Counted from the stretch's first letter, positions 7,915-16,586 are shown. The stretch is DNA of 24,000 nucleotides from Serratia fonticola (GCF_030971605.1 NZ_JAVGCU010000002.1), one strand, 5' to 3'. Notes: generated by a model from the letters alone, not told the origin. Translations and numbers: made by a program.

Positions 7915-8439
7915 ATGACACAAGCCATTTTTATGGTAGGAGCTCGTGGAGCAGGTAAAACCACGGTCGGCAGTGCATTGGCGCAGGCGCTGGGCTATCG
8001 GTTTATCGATACCGATCTGTTTATGCAGCAGACCACGCAAATGAGCGTAGCGGAAATGGTCGCACAGGTGGGTTGGCAGGGATTTCGCCAGCGCGAAACC
8101 CAGACCTTGCAAGCGGTAACCCAACCGTCAACCATAGTTGCCACCGGCGGCGGGGCGATCCTGGCCGAAGAGAACCGGCGTTTTATGCGTCAGCATGGCA
8201 CGGTGCTCTATCTACGTGCCCCAGCCAGCGTATTGGCGCAACGGCTGGCAGAGTTTCCGGAAGAGGGGCAGCGCCCAACGCTCACTGGCCGTCCCATTGC
8301 CGAAGAAATGCTGGAAGTATTGGCGGTACGTGAGGCTCTCTATCAGGAGGCTGCGCACCATGTTATGGATGGCACCGCTAATCCCCAGCAGGTAGTCGAG
8401 CAAATCTTGGCGGTCTTGCAAGGCGAGGCGGTAAAGTAA
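7915..8439 (+). CDS. aroL: Shikimate kinase II
   Basis: 174 aa, the same length as E. coli AroL as I recall it. Walker [10 protein letters not shown] is present and the protein is collinear with AroL (FIDTD...GWQGFRQRE...VATGGG...RPTLTG). Confidence 0.93.
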   Translation: MTQAIFMVGARGAGKTTVGSALAQALGYRFIDTDLFMQQTTQMSVAEMVAQVGWQGFRQRETQTLQAVTQPSTIVATGGGAILAEENRRFMRQHGTVLYLRAPASVLAQRLAEFPEEGQRPTLTGRPIAEEMLEVLAVREALYQEAAHHVMDGTANPQQVVEQILAVLQGEAVK

Positions 8440-8505
8440 TTTCCCAGGCCACATCTTGTGCCACGATATCACTGACCAATCCCAACCCACTCGCTATGTG
8501 CTTTA

Positions 8506-8526
8506 GGGGCGCCGCATGCTGCGCCC
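8506..8526. repeat. REP-like GC-rich palindrome at the aroL / AraC-family convergent junction
   Basis: GGGGCGCCGCATGCTGCGCCC is an imperfect palindrome. It shares the 13-nt string CATGCTGCGCCCG with the element at 16587-16605. Confidence 0.55.
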
Positions 8527-8546
8527 GCTTAGCCGCAGCCGATTAA

Positions 8547-9266
8547 CTAAGTAAAATAAAGCCCTGGCGTTATGCCAAATCGCTGACGGAAGGCGGCAAT
8601 ATAGGCGCTGACGTTCTCATAGCCACATTCGTTGGCTACGTTAGCAACGGGCATACCGGCCGATAGCGCCTCTAACGAACGGATCACCCTGGCTTGTTGA
8701 CGCCAGCGGGAAAAACTCATGCCGGTTTCCTGCATAAAGCGTCGGCTAAGGGTGCGGGGGCTTAAGCCCGCCCATGCAGCCCATTCACCTTGTTGGCGAT
8801 CATTGGCGGGATCGTTCAATAAGCCATAGGCAATTCTCAGCAACCGGGCATCTTGTGGCAGCGGTAGTTGCAGCGGTTCGGCCTCCTCGCTTCGCATCTC
8901 ATCGAGCAGAACCTCCACCAAACGTTGTTGCGCCATGTCGAGCGGCGCAGAAAACTGTGCAATGCGTTCAACCAGCGCCGAGCTTAAGGCGTTGGCGGCG
9001 GTCAGGCGTGGCGTTGCCGCCAATGTGTTGCAGCAGGTCTCGGGTAAATAAAGGATCCAGCCGATCACCTTGCCGCAGGCCAGTGCCTGATGAGGGCAGT
9101 GGGGCGGAAGCCAGCCAAGATTACCGGCAGTCATTGCCCACTGCTGCCCCGCGGTTTCTAATATCATCATGCCGTGGGTCAACAGATAGACCTGCCCCTG
9201 TTGATGCTGATGCCAAGGCGTCAGGTGTTTTTTAGCGTGCAACAAGCGTTCGCTGTGCAGTTTCAT
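8547..9266 (-). CDS. AraC family transcriptional regulator (cupin-type N-terminal domain plus double HTH)
   Basis: N-terminal cupin-like WHQHQQGQVYLLTHGMMILE. The C-terminus carries the AraC signature (WAAWAGLSPRTLSRRFMQETGMSF...VANECGYENVSAYIAAFRQRFGITP). Confidence 0.85.
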   Translation of the reverse strand: MKLHSERLLHAKKHLTPWHQHQQGQVYLLTHGMMILETAGQQWAMTAGNLGWLPPHCPHQALACGKVIGWILYLPETCCNTLAATPRLTAANALSSALVERIAQFSAPLDMAQQRLVEVLLDEMRSEEAEPLQLPLPQDARLLRIAYGLLNDPANDRQQGEWAAWAGLSPRTLSRRFMQETGMSFSRWRQQARVIRSLEALSAGMPVANVANECGYENVSAYIAAFRQRFGITPGLYFT

Positions 9267-9367
9267 CAGGTTGGCCGATTAGCGTTATTGAATATCTTGA
9301 TACGGTTATTATGCCATTACTGATTGGCTTTATGCTCTTCGGACGCTATCACACCGGAGAGAACAGC

Positions 9368-9757
9368 ATGATTCACCAAACTCTTGTCCTTACGGCTTTA
9401 CAGCAAATTGTAGCTAATCCTGAACACCAGCCCGAGCTGATTGCCAATCTGTTCAGCCGCCACTATCACCAGACGGTGGATGGTCATACGCTAGATTACC
9501 CGCAGTTTATCCAGCATATGGCCTTGCTTAAACAGATCACCTGCAGCATGCAGCTTCAGATCCTCGCCATCGCCGCCGCCGGGGAAAATGTCTTCACCCA
9601 TCATTGGGTGAATGTTGAGAAACGTGATGGCAGCCAGAGCCAGATCAGAGTGCTGGCTCATTTCATCGTGCGTGATGGCCAGATCCAATCCTGTGTTGAG
9701 TTGACACAGTTGCTGGCCGGTGAACACCAGGACCGGGATTTGGGGTCGCGCCGATAA
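9368..9757 (+). CDS. Small NTF2/SnoaL-like fold protein (tentative)
   Basis: 129-aa ORF from the ATG at 9368, preceded by GGAGAG. I call the fold only from its size and general sequence pattern, so this is weak. It is divergent from the AraC-family gene and 58 nt upstream of yaiA. Confidence 0.45.
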   Translation: MIHQTLVLTALQQIVANPEHQPELIANLFSRHYHQTVDGHTLDYPQFIQHMALLKQITCSMQLQILAIAAAGENVFTHHWVNVEKRDGSQSQIRVLAHFIVRDGQIQSCVELTQLLAGEHQDRDLGSRR

Positions 9758-9815
9758 CTGGCATTTCAGTGTGGTTGTCTATACTTAACAACAGGTCATC
9801 ACATTGGAGAGCACT

Positions 9816-10010
9816 ATGCCGAGTAAACCTCCCTACCCGAGAACGGCGCGTATCAAGGCCGTAGACAAGGGCGAAGTGGGCAAGCAGGTTCGTTGGTATG
9901 AGCTACGGGCCGATCACCCGAAACCCGATACGCTGATCAGCGAGCACGAAACCGAGCGGGAAGCGTTAGACGCCAAGCGGCGTTACGAGGATGAAAGCCT
10001 GGGTGAATAG
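9816..10010 (+). CDS. yaiA: YaiA family small protein
   Basis: MPSKPPYPR...[18 protein letters not shown]...DAKRRYED is collinear with E. coli YaiA. GGAGA lies 5 nt before the ATG at 9816; the track ORF starts at an upstream TTG. Confidence 0.88.
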   Translation: MPSKPPYPRTARIKAVDKGEVGKQVRWYELRADHPKPDTLISEHETEREALDAKRRYEDESLGE

Positions 10011-10030
10011 CCTGTGGTGTAACAACAAGT

Positions 10031-10057
10031 GGCCGGTATAAACCGGCTCCATTTTTT
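10031..10057 (+). terminator. Rho-independent terminator after yaiA
   Basis: GGCCGGT-ATAA-ACCGGCT followed by CCATTTTTT, 21 nt after the stop codon. Confidence 0.7.
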
Positions 10058-10337
10058 CAACTGCGTTGTGCTATCCCTGATCGGTTTTTCCCCGCATTTG
10101 GGCTCATCTCCATCATTCTGTTCGAGACTTCTCTCACCATTTATATCTTGCACCATCTTTTAATAGCGGCATCAACCGCGCTGACGACTTGGCGAATATT
10201 GGTAGCTTATGCTGATATTGACGCTCAAAGACGGATATATGCCAATTATCTCGGAAAATGACTTTGCTATCTGTGCAGTATTCTCAATATTAAAGCATCA
10301 TTCGCTGTAATTTTGCTGTGTGATAAAAATAAACTGC

Positions 10338-10366
10338 TTGACGATAAGTGGTATGGGTTTTAGGTT
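10338..10366 (+). promoter_or_regulatory. Candidate sigma70 promoter of the IclR-family gene
   Basis: TTGACG, a 17-nt spacer, then TAGGTT, located 51 nt upstream of the ATG. Confidence 0.4.
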
Positions 10367-10381
10367 TTTAAATATTGATTG

Positions 10382-10406
10382 GGAACTAGGTTCCATATAG
10401 TGGAAC
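10382..10406 (+). promoter_or_regulatory. Operator-like triple half-site GGAAC-TAG-GTTCC-A-TATAG-TGGAAC
   Basis: Two overlapping perfect inverted repeats (GGAAC/GTTCC and GTTCCA/TGGAAC) lie 11 nt upstream of the IclR-family start codon. Confidence 0.5.
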
Positions 10407-10416
10407 AAGGCGAGCC

Positions 10417-11190
10417 ATGACTACCTTGGAAAATGCTGCTGCGGTATTAAAACTATTTTCTCAACGGCAGATAACGCATGGCCAAGGGGGGATTTCTTTT
10501 ACTGATGTCGTCGAAAGGTTGAGGCTGCCAAAAAGTACCGTATCGCGCCTGCTACAAACGATGGAAAGCCAGGGGCTGTTAGAGCGGGACCCGCAAAGCC
10601 GTCAGTACCATATTGGCTATCTGCTGCTTGGGGTAGCTAGCCATTATCTTTCCACTCCGTTGGTGGAAAGTGCCACGGCGGCGATGATGCAGCTTAATCA
10701 GTTAACCTTCTGTACCGGCTATATATCGGTGTTGGAGGGGCGGGAAAATTGGGTGATGCGTACGCTGCCTGGCCGCCATTTTTTGCAGGTGGTGACACCG
10801 GTGGGGGCCAGTTCGCCAGCGGCAGAAACTTCTGTAGGGCGCGCGATACTTGCGCGCGAGAGTGATGAGCAGGTGCGTGAGCGCTTTGCTGCGGGCTACC
10901 AGGTTGCTTCGGCAAACTCTCCAAAAACGCTGGAGGCGTTGCTGCAAAAGTTGGCAACCATCAGGCAGCAGGGCTGGTCATTGGCCCGTAACGAAACGCT
11001 GCCGGGGATCAGTTCATTGGCAACCTCGGTGATGAATAAACACCGCAGTGAGACGGTGGGGTTATGTCTCTCATTCCCCTCACAGACCGAGGACCAGCCT
11101 TATCCTCCCCAGGTGCTTGAGGCATTAATGACGGTTTCCCGGCAACTGGCGGAAAAACTTGGTGATGATTATTGGCAACAGATCAAATAG
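10417..11190 (+). CDS. IclR family transcriptional regulator
   Basis: N-terminal winged HTH (ISFTDVVERLRLPKSTVSRLLQTMESQGLLERD) and a C-terminal effector-binding domain of typical length (257 aa). Confidence 0.85.
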   Translation: MTTLENAAAVLKLFSQRQITHGQGGISFTDVVERLRLPKSTVSRLLQTMESQGLLERDPQSRQYHIGYLLLGVASHYLSTPLVESATAAMMQLNQLTFCTGYISVLEGRENWVMRTLPGRHFLQVVTPVGASSPAAETSVGRAILARESDEQVRERFAAGYQVASANSPKTLEALLQKLATIRQQGWSLARNETLPGISSLATSVMNKHRSETVGLCLSFPSQTEDQPYPPQVLEALMTVSRQLAEKLGDDYWQQIK

Positions 11191-11314
11191 CTCACCGTAA
11201 ACTGGCTTTATTAGCGCGCCAATACCAGGGCATTTCGCTGATGAGTTAATAGCAGAGACAGTCTTTCTGCCATTAATGTGGCCAAGGTAGGCACTAAATA
11301 ATCTATTTCACTGT

Positions 11315-11341
11315 ATAGAGTTTCGAATAATGGAACTCTAT
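11315..11341 (+). promoter_or_regulatory. Operator-like inverted repeat upstream of the OPT transporter gene
   Basis: ATAGAGTTTC-GAATAAT-GGAACTCTAT has 10-bp arms with one mismatch. It contains the same TGGAAC/GGAACT half-site seen at 10382-10406 and lies 62 nt upstream of the ATG at 11404. Confidence 0.45.
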
Positions 11342-11403
11342 CGGCAATCTATGTCGGAAATATTATTTTTGCCATTTAGCAGGGATATTCATAGGGTGGA
11401 TTT

Positions 11404-12972
11404 ATGAAACCAGATATGACGAGTAATCCATTGAAAGATATCGGTACGTTACTGGTGATGGTGCTGCTATCCGTCGTCGGGGCGATAATTGGCGTACAGT
11501 TGATCACCACCTTGGGTGTGACGCCTAATACTTCGATTATCGGTGCGCTGATCGCCATGCTGCTGGCCCGGATCCCGCTGCGCATGTTCCAACGCTATCG
11601 TTCTATACACACTCAGAATCTGGCCCAAACGGTAATATCCTCAGCCACTTTCGGGGCGGCCAATAGCCTGCTGATGCCGATTGCCGTGCCTTATGTCATG
11701 GGGCAACCGCAATTGATCCTGCCGATGTTTTGCGGCGTAGCGGCGGCGATGCTGCTGGATGCTTACCTGCTGTACCGGATGTTTGACACTAAAGTGTTCC
11801 CGGCGGCGAATGCCTGGCCCCCGGGAGTCGCTGCGGCGGAGGCTATCAAGGCTGGTGACCGTGGTGGTAAACAGGCCTGGTTGCTGGTTGTCGGCGTTGT
11901 TGTGGGGATTGCAGGCTCGATGTTGAAGATCCCCATGGCGGCCTTCGGTACCGCATTTATTGGCAATATCTGGGCGCTGAGCATGTTCGGTGTTGGCCTG
12001 CTGCTGCGTGCTTATGGCCAGCCGCTGACCGGTGTCGACATCAATGCGCACTATATTCCTCATGGCGTGATGGTCGGTGCCGGGCTGGTGGCATTGATCC
12101 AGGTGGTGCAGGTGATCCGCAACAAAAATCAAAGTTCGACATCGACCTATACCCAACCTGACAGCGAAGTACGCAAAGCCTTGGGTCTGGGGGCTGTCGG
12201 ATATGTCGTGATTGCCGGGATGCTGGCTTTGGGGGGCGGGCTATACAGCGAAATGTCGCTGACCATGCTGGCGCTGTTTGTCATCTATGCCGCGTTTGCT
12301 GCCTTTGTACATGAATTGATCGTCGGCATTGCGGCGATGCATTCCGGCTGGTTTCCTGCATTTGCAGTGGCGCTGATCACGCTGATCGTTGGGATCATGC
12401 TTGGTTTCCCTCCTCTGGCGCTGTGCATTCTCACCGGCTTTACCGCAGCGACCGGGCCGGCGTTTGCCGATATGGGCTTTGATCTGAAAGCCGGTTTTAT
12501 CCTGCGGGGTTACGGTAAGGATTTACAGCAGGAACTGCTGGGGCGGCGTATTCAGCTGATTGCCGCCATGATTGCTTTTGTGATCGCCATTCCCGTGGTT
12601 TATCTCTCTTACACCAGCTATTTCCTGCAGGAGTTGATCCCACCGGTGGCCCGGGTATACGCCAAAACCATTGAGGCAGGAGCCCAGCCCGGTATTGCGT
12701 CCAGCCTGCTGATTTGGGCCATACCAGGCGCGATAGTGCAGTTTATTGGGGGGCCTAAACGCCAGCTCGGCGTGCTACTTGCGACAGGTTTGCTGATTAA
12801 TAACGCCTTGGCAGGATGGGCGGTGCTTGCCGGTATCGCGCTGCGCATTCTGATCATCAAACGCTGGGGGGATAAAGGCCGCGCGCCGATGGAGATCATG
12901 GCTGCCGGGTTTATTGCCGGTGACGCGCTATACAACTTCTTCAACTCGATCTTTTCCAGCAAGGGAAAATAA
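11404..12972 (+). CDS. OPT (oligopeptide transporter) superfamily permease, short bacterial type
   Basis: 522-aa polytopic membrane protein with many hydrophobic segments. Its overall pattern matches my recollection of bacterial OPT-family proteins. Confidence 0.75.
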   Translation: MKPDMTSNPLKDIGTLLVMVLLSVVGAIIGVQLITTLGVTPNTSIIGALIAMLLARIPLRMFQRYRSIHTQNLAQTVISSATFGAANSLLMPIAVPYVMGQPQLILPMFCGVAAAMLLDAYLLYRMFDTKVFPAANAWPPGVAAAEAIKAGDRGGKQAWLLVVGVVVGIAGSMLKIPMAAFGTAFIGNIWALSMFGVGLLLRAYGQPLTGVDINAHYIPHGVMVGAGLVALIQVVQVIRNKNQSSTSTYTQPDSEVRKALGLGAVGYVVIAGMLALGGGLYSEMSLTMLALFVIYAAFAAFVHELIVGIAAMHSGWFPAFAVALITLIVGIMLGFPPLALCILTGFTAATGPAFADMGFDLKAGFILRGYGKDLQQELLGRRIQLIAAMIAFVIAIPVVYLSYTSYFLQELIPPVARVYAKTIEAGAQPGIASSLLIWAIPGAIVQFIGGPKRQLGVLLATGLLINNALAGWAVLAGIALRILIIKRWGDKGRAPMEIMAAGFIAGDALYNFFNSIFSSKGK

Positions 12973-13032
12973 CGCCGTGCCTGCAATTGCGGGAGGCATA
13001 AACCTATCAGGCAACATTTGCGAGGGATTAAC

Positions 13033-13962
13033 ATGAGTTTGCAACAAACGCTGCAGGTCTTTGAGCTGATTGATAATGCCTATGTCAAAGGGCAGGACGT
13101 GGTCGATCTGTTTGCCCACTACCCGTCGGTCAAGGCCAGCACTCATCGTGTCAGCGGTGAGAAGGGCACCACGGATTTTGTCCGCATCGAGATCCCTGGC
13201 AGTGCAGGCAAGCAATCCGGTGGTGATGCGCCAACGTTGGGAATTATTGGCCGGTTGGGCGGCATTGGAGCTCGCCCCACGCGCATAGGATTGGTGTCAG
13301 ACGGTGACGGGGCGATTGCGGCGATCGCCAGTGCGCTAAAGCTGGCAGAAATGCAGCGCAAAGGTGACGTTCTGCCTGGTGATGTGGTGATCACTACGCA
13401 TATTTGCCCGAACGCACCCACTCGCCCACACGATCCGGTCGATTTTATGGATTCACCCATCGATGACGTCACGATGAATGATAACGAAGTGGTGCCGCAA
13501 GCCGATGCCATTTTGTCGATCGATACCACCAAGGGCAATCGCATTATCAACCACAAGGGCTATGCGCTGTCACCGACGGTGAAACAGGGCTACATCCTGC
13601 GGGTGTCGGAAGACCTTTTGCGTATCATGGAAATGACCAGTGGCCGCCCGGCAGTGACCTTCCCGATCACCATGCAGGACATTACGCCCTATGGTAATGG
13701 TGTTCATCATCTCAACAGTATCCTGCAACCTTCAACCGCTACGGCAGCGCCAGTGGTCGGTGTGGCAATCTGTACTGAGTCGGTGGTGCCGGGCTGTGGC
13801 ACCGGTGCCAGCCATGAAGTGGATATCGCGCTGGCGGTGAAATTTGCCGTGGAAGTGGCCAAAGAGTTTGGGCGCGGTACCTGCAGCTTCTACGATCCTG
13901 CTGAATATGACCGTCTGCTGGCGCTTTATGGCAGCCTGAGCCATTTTCAACAGCGGAAATAA
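13033..13962 (+). CDS. DUF1177 domain-containing protein (function unknown)
   Basis: 309-aa soluble protein from the ATG at 13033, with GAGGGA 5 nt upstream. It lies 60 nt downstream of the OPT gene on the same strand. The family call is from recollection of DUF1177 sequences and needs an HMM check. Confidence 0.6.
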   Translation: MSLQQTLQVFELIDNAYVKGQDVVDLFAHYPSVKASTHRVSGEKGTTDFVRIEIPGSAGKQSGGDAPTLGIIGRLGGIGARPTRIGLVSDGDGAIAAIASALKLAEMQRKGDVLPGDVVITTHICPNAPTRPHDPVDFMDSPIDDVTMNDNEVVPQADAILSIDTTKGNRIINHKGYALSPTVKQGYILRVSEDLLRIMEMTSGRPAVTFPITMQDITPYGNGVHHLNSILQPSTATAAPVVGVAICTESVVPGCGTGASHEVDIALAVKFAVEVAKEFGRGTCSFYDPAEYDRLLALYGSLSHFQQRK

Positions 13963-14146
13963 CCGTGATGCCTGTCAGATTGAATGAGCAATAGAACGCC
14001 GAACCTTGGTCACCGAACCCATTGTTTGATCCCGCTCATGTTTTGCCGTGCGTAACGATCGCATTTCGCATCAAAAACCAGTGACAGACCCGGTTTCATC
14101 CCCCAATATGGAGATCCCTCAAAGATGATTACGCAGGTGCCAGTCT

Positions 14147-14437
14147 ATGCTGAAAGTGAACGAGTATTTTGCCGGGAAAGTGAAGTCTATCGGTTACGAT
14201 AGTAGCAGCATCGGTCGTACCAGCGTCGGGGTGATGGAAGAGGGTGAGTACACCTTCGGTACCGCACAGCCGGAAGAGATGACGGTGATCACCGGGGCAT
14301 TGAAAGTGCTGTTACCGGGCGCACCAGATTGGCAGGTGTTTACGCCAGGCGAGAAGTTCTTTGTGCCTGCGCAGAGTGAATTCAACGTTCAGGTTGCCGA
14401 TGCGACGGCCTACCTGTGTCGTTATCTGAGTAAGTAA
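14147..14437 (+). CDS. ppnP: Pyrimidine/purine nucleoside phosphorylase PpnP (YaiE)
   Basis: [17 protein letters not shown]...[20 protein letters not shown]...YLCRYL is collinear with E. coli PpnP. Confidence 0.9.
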   Translation: MLKVNEYFAGKVKSIGYDSSSIGRTSVGVMEEGEYTFGTAQPEEMTVITGALKVLLPGAPDWQVFTPGEKFFVPAQSEFNVQVADATAYLCRYLSK

Positions 14438-14450
14438 TCAGTACAGTTTG

Positions 14451-14515
14451 GCCGGGGATGAAGATTTTCCCCGGCACTCCTCAGAGGGCGCAACTTGTTG
14501 CGCCCCTTCTGTTTT
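14451..14515. terminator. Two tandem hairpins between convergent ppnP and rdgC
   Basis: GCCGGGGA-(9 nt)-TCCCCGGC at 14451-14475, and GGGCGCAA-CTTG-TTGCGCCC at 14486-14505 followed by CTTCTGTTTT on the plus strand. Confidence 0.65.
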
Positions 14516-15425
14516 AGCGCTGTGCTTCGCCACCCAAGGCTTCGATGGTGTTGCTGATCAAGGCCGCCAGTTCGTTGGTCATCAGGATGAAGTCGGCATC
14601 GAAACGCTGGGCAAAATCTTCACGATCGATATCATCGTTCTGATCGCGCAGCGTATCGGCAAACTTCAGGCGCTTGAGTGAGCCGTCGTCGGCCAGCACC
14701 AGTTGGATGCGTTCCTGCCAATCTACCGCCAGCTTGGTCACCAGCTTGCCAGCTTCGATATGCACGGCAATCTCATCGCTGATCAGGTTCTGCTTCTTAC
14801 AGCGGATCACTCCGCCTTCTTCCAGAATGGCCTTCAGTTCGGCCTCATCCTGAATGATAAAACCGGCTGGCAGTTCGCCGGAGCGGACCCATTCGGTCAG
14901 CGTCAGCTCGATCGGGCTTTCCATGGTCAAAGGTACCACCGGCAGAGAGCCCAGGCTCTTACGCAGCAGCGCCAGCATATCTTCGGCGCGTTTGGCGCTG
15001 GCGGCATCGACCATAATCAGACCGTTAACGGTATCGATCCACATATAGGTCTGGTTGAAGCGGCTGAAGGCGCGTGGCAGCAGGCTGTGCAGCACTTCAT
15101 CTTTCAGGGAGTCTTTCTCGGTTTTTTTCAGCTTGCGGTGCTGCTCGCCTTCCAGTTTTTCGATCTTGGCCTGTAGCTCTTGTTTCAGTACCGGAGAGGG
15201 CAGGATCTTCTCTTCTTTACGGGCGCAAATCATGATCTGGCCGTTAACCGCGTGCGTCAGTGCGTCGCTGTGAGAACCCATCGGGGAAACCCAGCCGGTT
15301 TTCGCCATGTCCTGGCTGCCACACGGGGTGAAGGCAAAGGCGCTGAGCTGTTTTTCCATTTCATCCGCAGTTAGCGCAACGTCGCGGCTCAAACGGTAAA
15401 CCATCAAATTCTTAAACCACAGCAT
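14514..15425 (-). CDS. rdgC: Recombination-associated protein RdgC
   Basis: Starts [12 protein letters not shown] and is collinear with E. coli RdgC throughout. At 303 aa it matches the E. coli length I recall. The track ORF has an 11-codon upstream extension. Confidence 0.96.
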   Translation of the reverse strand: MLWFKNLMVYRLSRDVALTADEMEKQLSAFAFTPCGSQDMAKTGWVSPMGSHSDALTHAVNGQIMICARKEEKILPSPVLKQELQAKIEKLEGEQHRKLKKTEKDSLKDEVLHSLLPRAFSRFNQTYMWIDTVNGLIMVDAASAKRAEDMLALLRKSLGSLPVVPLTMESPIELTLTEWVRSGELPAGFIIQDEAELKAILEEGGVIRCKKQNLISDEIAVHIEAGKLVTKLAVDWQERIQLVLADDGSLKRLKFADTLRDQNDDIDREDFAQRFDADFILMTNELAALISNTIEALGGEAQR

Positions 15426-15665
15426 AATGTTATCCCAGGCTGGGCGTGCATTTGGCACGCAGATTCATCAAAAGCAGGGCGGCATAATAACGAATTGACG
15501 CTGAAAAATCGCCTCATTCCCGCTGATTTGCGTCCGCTGCCGCGTTTCACACAGCCAGATAGGGAAATTGCCATTGGTGTCACATTCGGTGAGCGTGGCG
15601 TGAGCCGGGCTATGCGCTACACTGGGCGGCAAGTTTGTTGTCGTGCTGAATTGGGGAGAGAAATT

Positions 15666-16574
15666 GTGCGTATTGGTATCGATCTGGGTGGCACCAAAAT
15701 TGAAGTAATTGCGTTAGCCAACGACGGCGCGGAGCTGTTCCGCCATCGTATTGCCACGCCTCGTCACGATTATCAACTGACGCTTGAGGCTATCTGCGGG
15801 CTGGTGAGGCTGGCGGAGGAAAAAACCGGCCAGCAAGGCTCGGTGGGCGTGGGGATCCCTGGGACGCTGTCGCCCTTTACCGGCCTGGTAAAAAATGCCA
15901 ACTCCACCTGGCTGAATGGTCAACCGCTGGATAAAGATCTTTCCGCTATGCTGCAACGTGAAGTGCGGCTGGCTAACGATGCCAACTGCCTGGCGGTATC
16001 GGAAGCCACCGATGGGGCCGCCGCCGGAAAACCAACCGTATTTGCGGTAATTATTGGTACCGGATGTGGGGCTGGGGTAGCGATTAATGGCCAGGTGCAT
16101 GCAGGGGGCAACGGTATTTCCGGCGAGTGGGGCCACAATCCGCTGCCGTGGCTGGATGAAGACGAGCTGCGTTTTCGCGCCGAGGTGCCCTGTTACTGTG
16201 GCAAGCAAGGCTGTATAGAAACCTTTATCTCCGGTACCGGTTTCGCTACCGATTATGCGCGGCTGAGTGGCCAGGCGCTGAAAGGTCACGAGATTATGGC
16301 GCTGGTGGCACAACAGGATGCGGTGGCAGAGTTGGCTATTCAGCGTTACGAAATGCGGCTGGCAAAGTCACTGGCTCACGTGATCAATCTCTTTGACCCG
16401 GATGTGATCGTCCTGGGCGGCGGCATGAGCAACGTGGAGCGGCTGTATCAAACGGTGCCGTCACTGGTGAAACCCTGGGTATTTGGCGGCGAGTGCGAAA
16501 CCCCAATCCGTAAGGCGATACACGGTGATTCCAGCGGTGTACGCGGTGCCGCCTGGCTCTGGCCACAGGTCTAA
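15666..16574 (+). CDS. mak: ROK-family fructokinase/manno(fructo)kinase Mak
   Basis: A GTG start at 15666 gives [17 protein letters not shown] and 302 aa, collinear with E. coli Mak. The zinc motif is present ([11 protein letters not shown]). GGGGAGAG lies 6 nt upstream. The track ORF extension (TTG at 15495) is not supported by homology. Confidence 0.9.
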   Translation: MRIGIDLGGTKIEVIALANDGAELFRHRIATPRHDYQLTLEAICGLVRLAEEKTGQQGSVGVGIPGTLSPFTGLVKNANSTWLNGQPLDKDLSAMLQREVRLANDANCLAVSEATDGAAAGKPTVFAVIIGTGCGAGVAINGQVHAGGNGISGEWGHNPLPWLDEDELRFRAEVPCYCGKQGCIETFISGTGFATDYARLSGQALKGHEIMALVAQQDAVAELAIQRYEMRLAKSLAHVINLFDPDVIVLGGGMSNVERLYQTVPSLVKPWVFGGECETPIRKAIHGDSSGVRGAAWLWPQV

Positions 16575-16586
16575 CAAACCTTCGTA

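Noticed and set aside
12973-13032. Small hairpin TGCCT-GCAATTGCGGG-AGGCA between the OPT and DUF1177 genes as a possible attenuator
   Set aside because: The stem is only 5 bp and no T-tract follows. An internal terminator is unlikely, so the two genes are treated as one operon.
13963-14146. Possible aroM remnant in the 184-bp spacer between the DUF1177 gene and ppnP
   Set aside because: Translating the three plus-strand frames by eye gives only very short ORFs with no resemblance I can recognise to AroM. It cannot be excluded without a BLASTX/TBLASTN search.
15495-15665. 57-codon upstream extension of mak from a TTG start
   Set aside because: Homology to E. coli Mak begins exactly at the GTG at 15666 ([12 protein letters not shown]). 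That start gives the expected 302 aa and has a strong GGGGAGAG ribosome-binding site.
4515-16313. Long antisense ORFs inside the phytase-like gene (4515-5069), the OPT gene (11641-12156), the DUF1177 gene (13143-13556), rdgC (14703-15176) and mak (15714-16313)
   Set aside because: Each is fully embedded opposite a gene with clear homology or family features. None has a recognisable domain or ribosome-binding site. Open antisense frames like these are expected in moderately GC-rich coding DNA.
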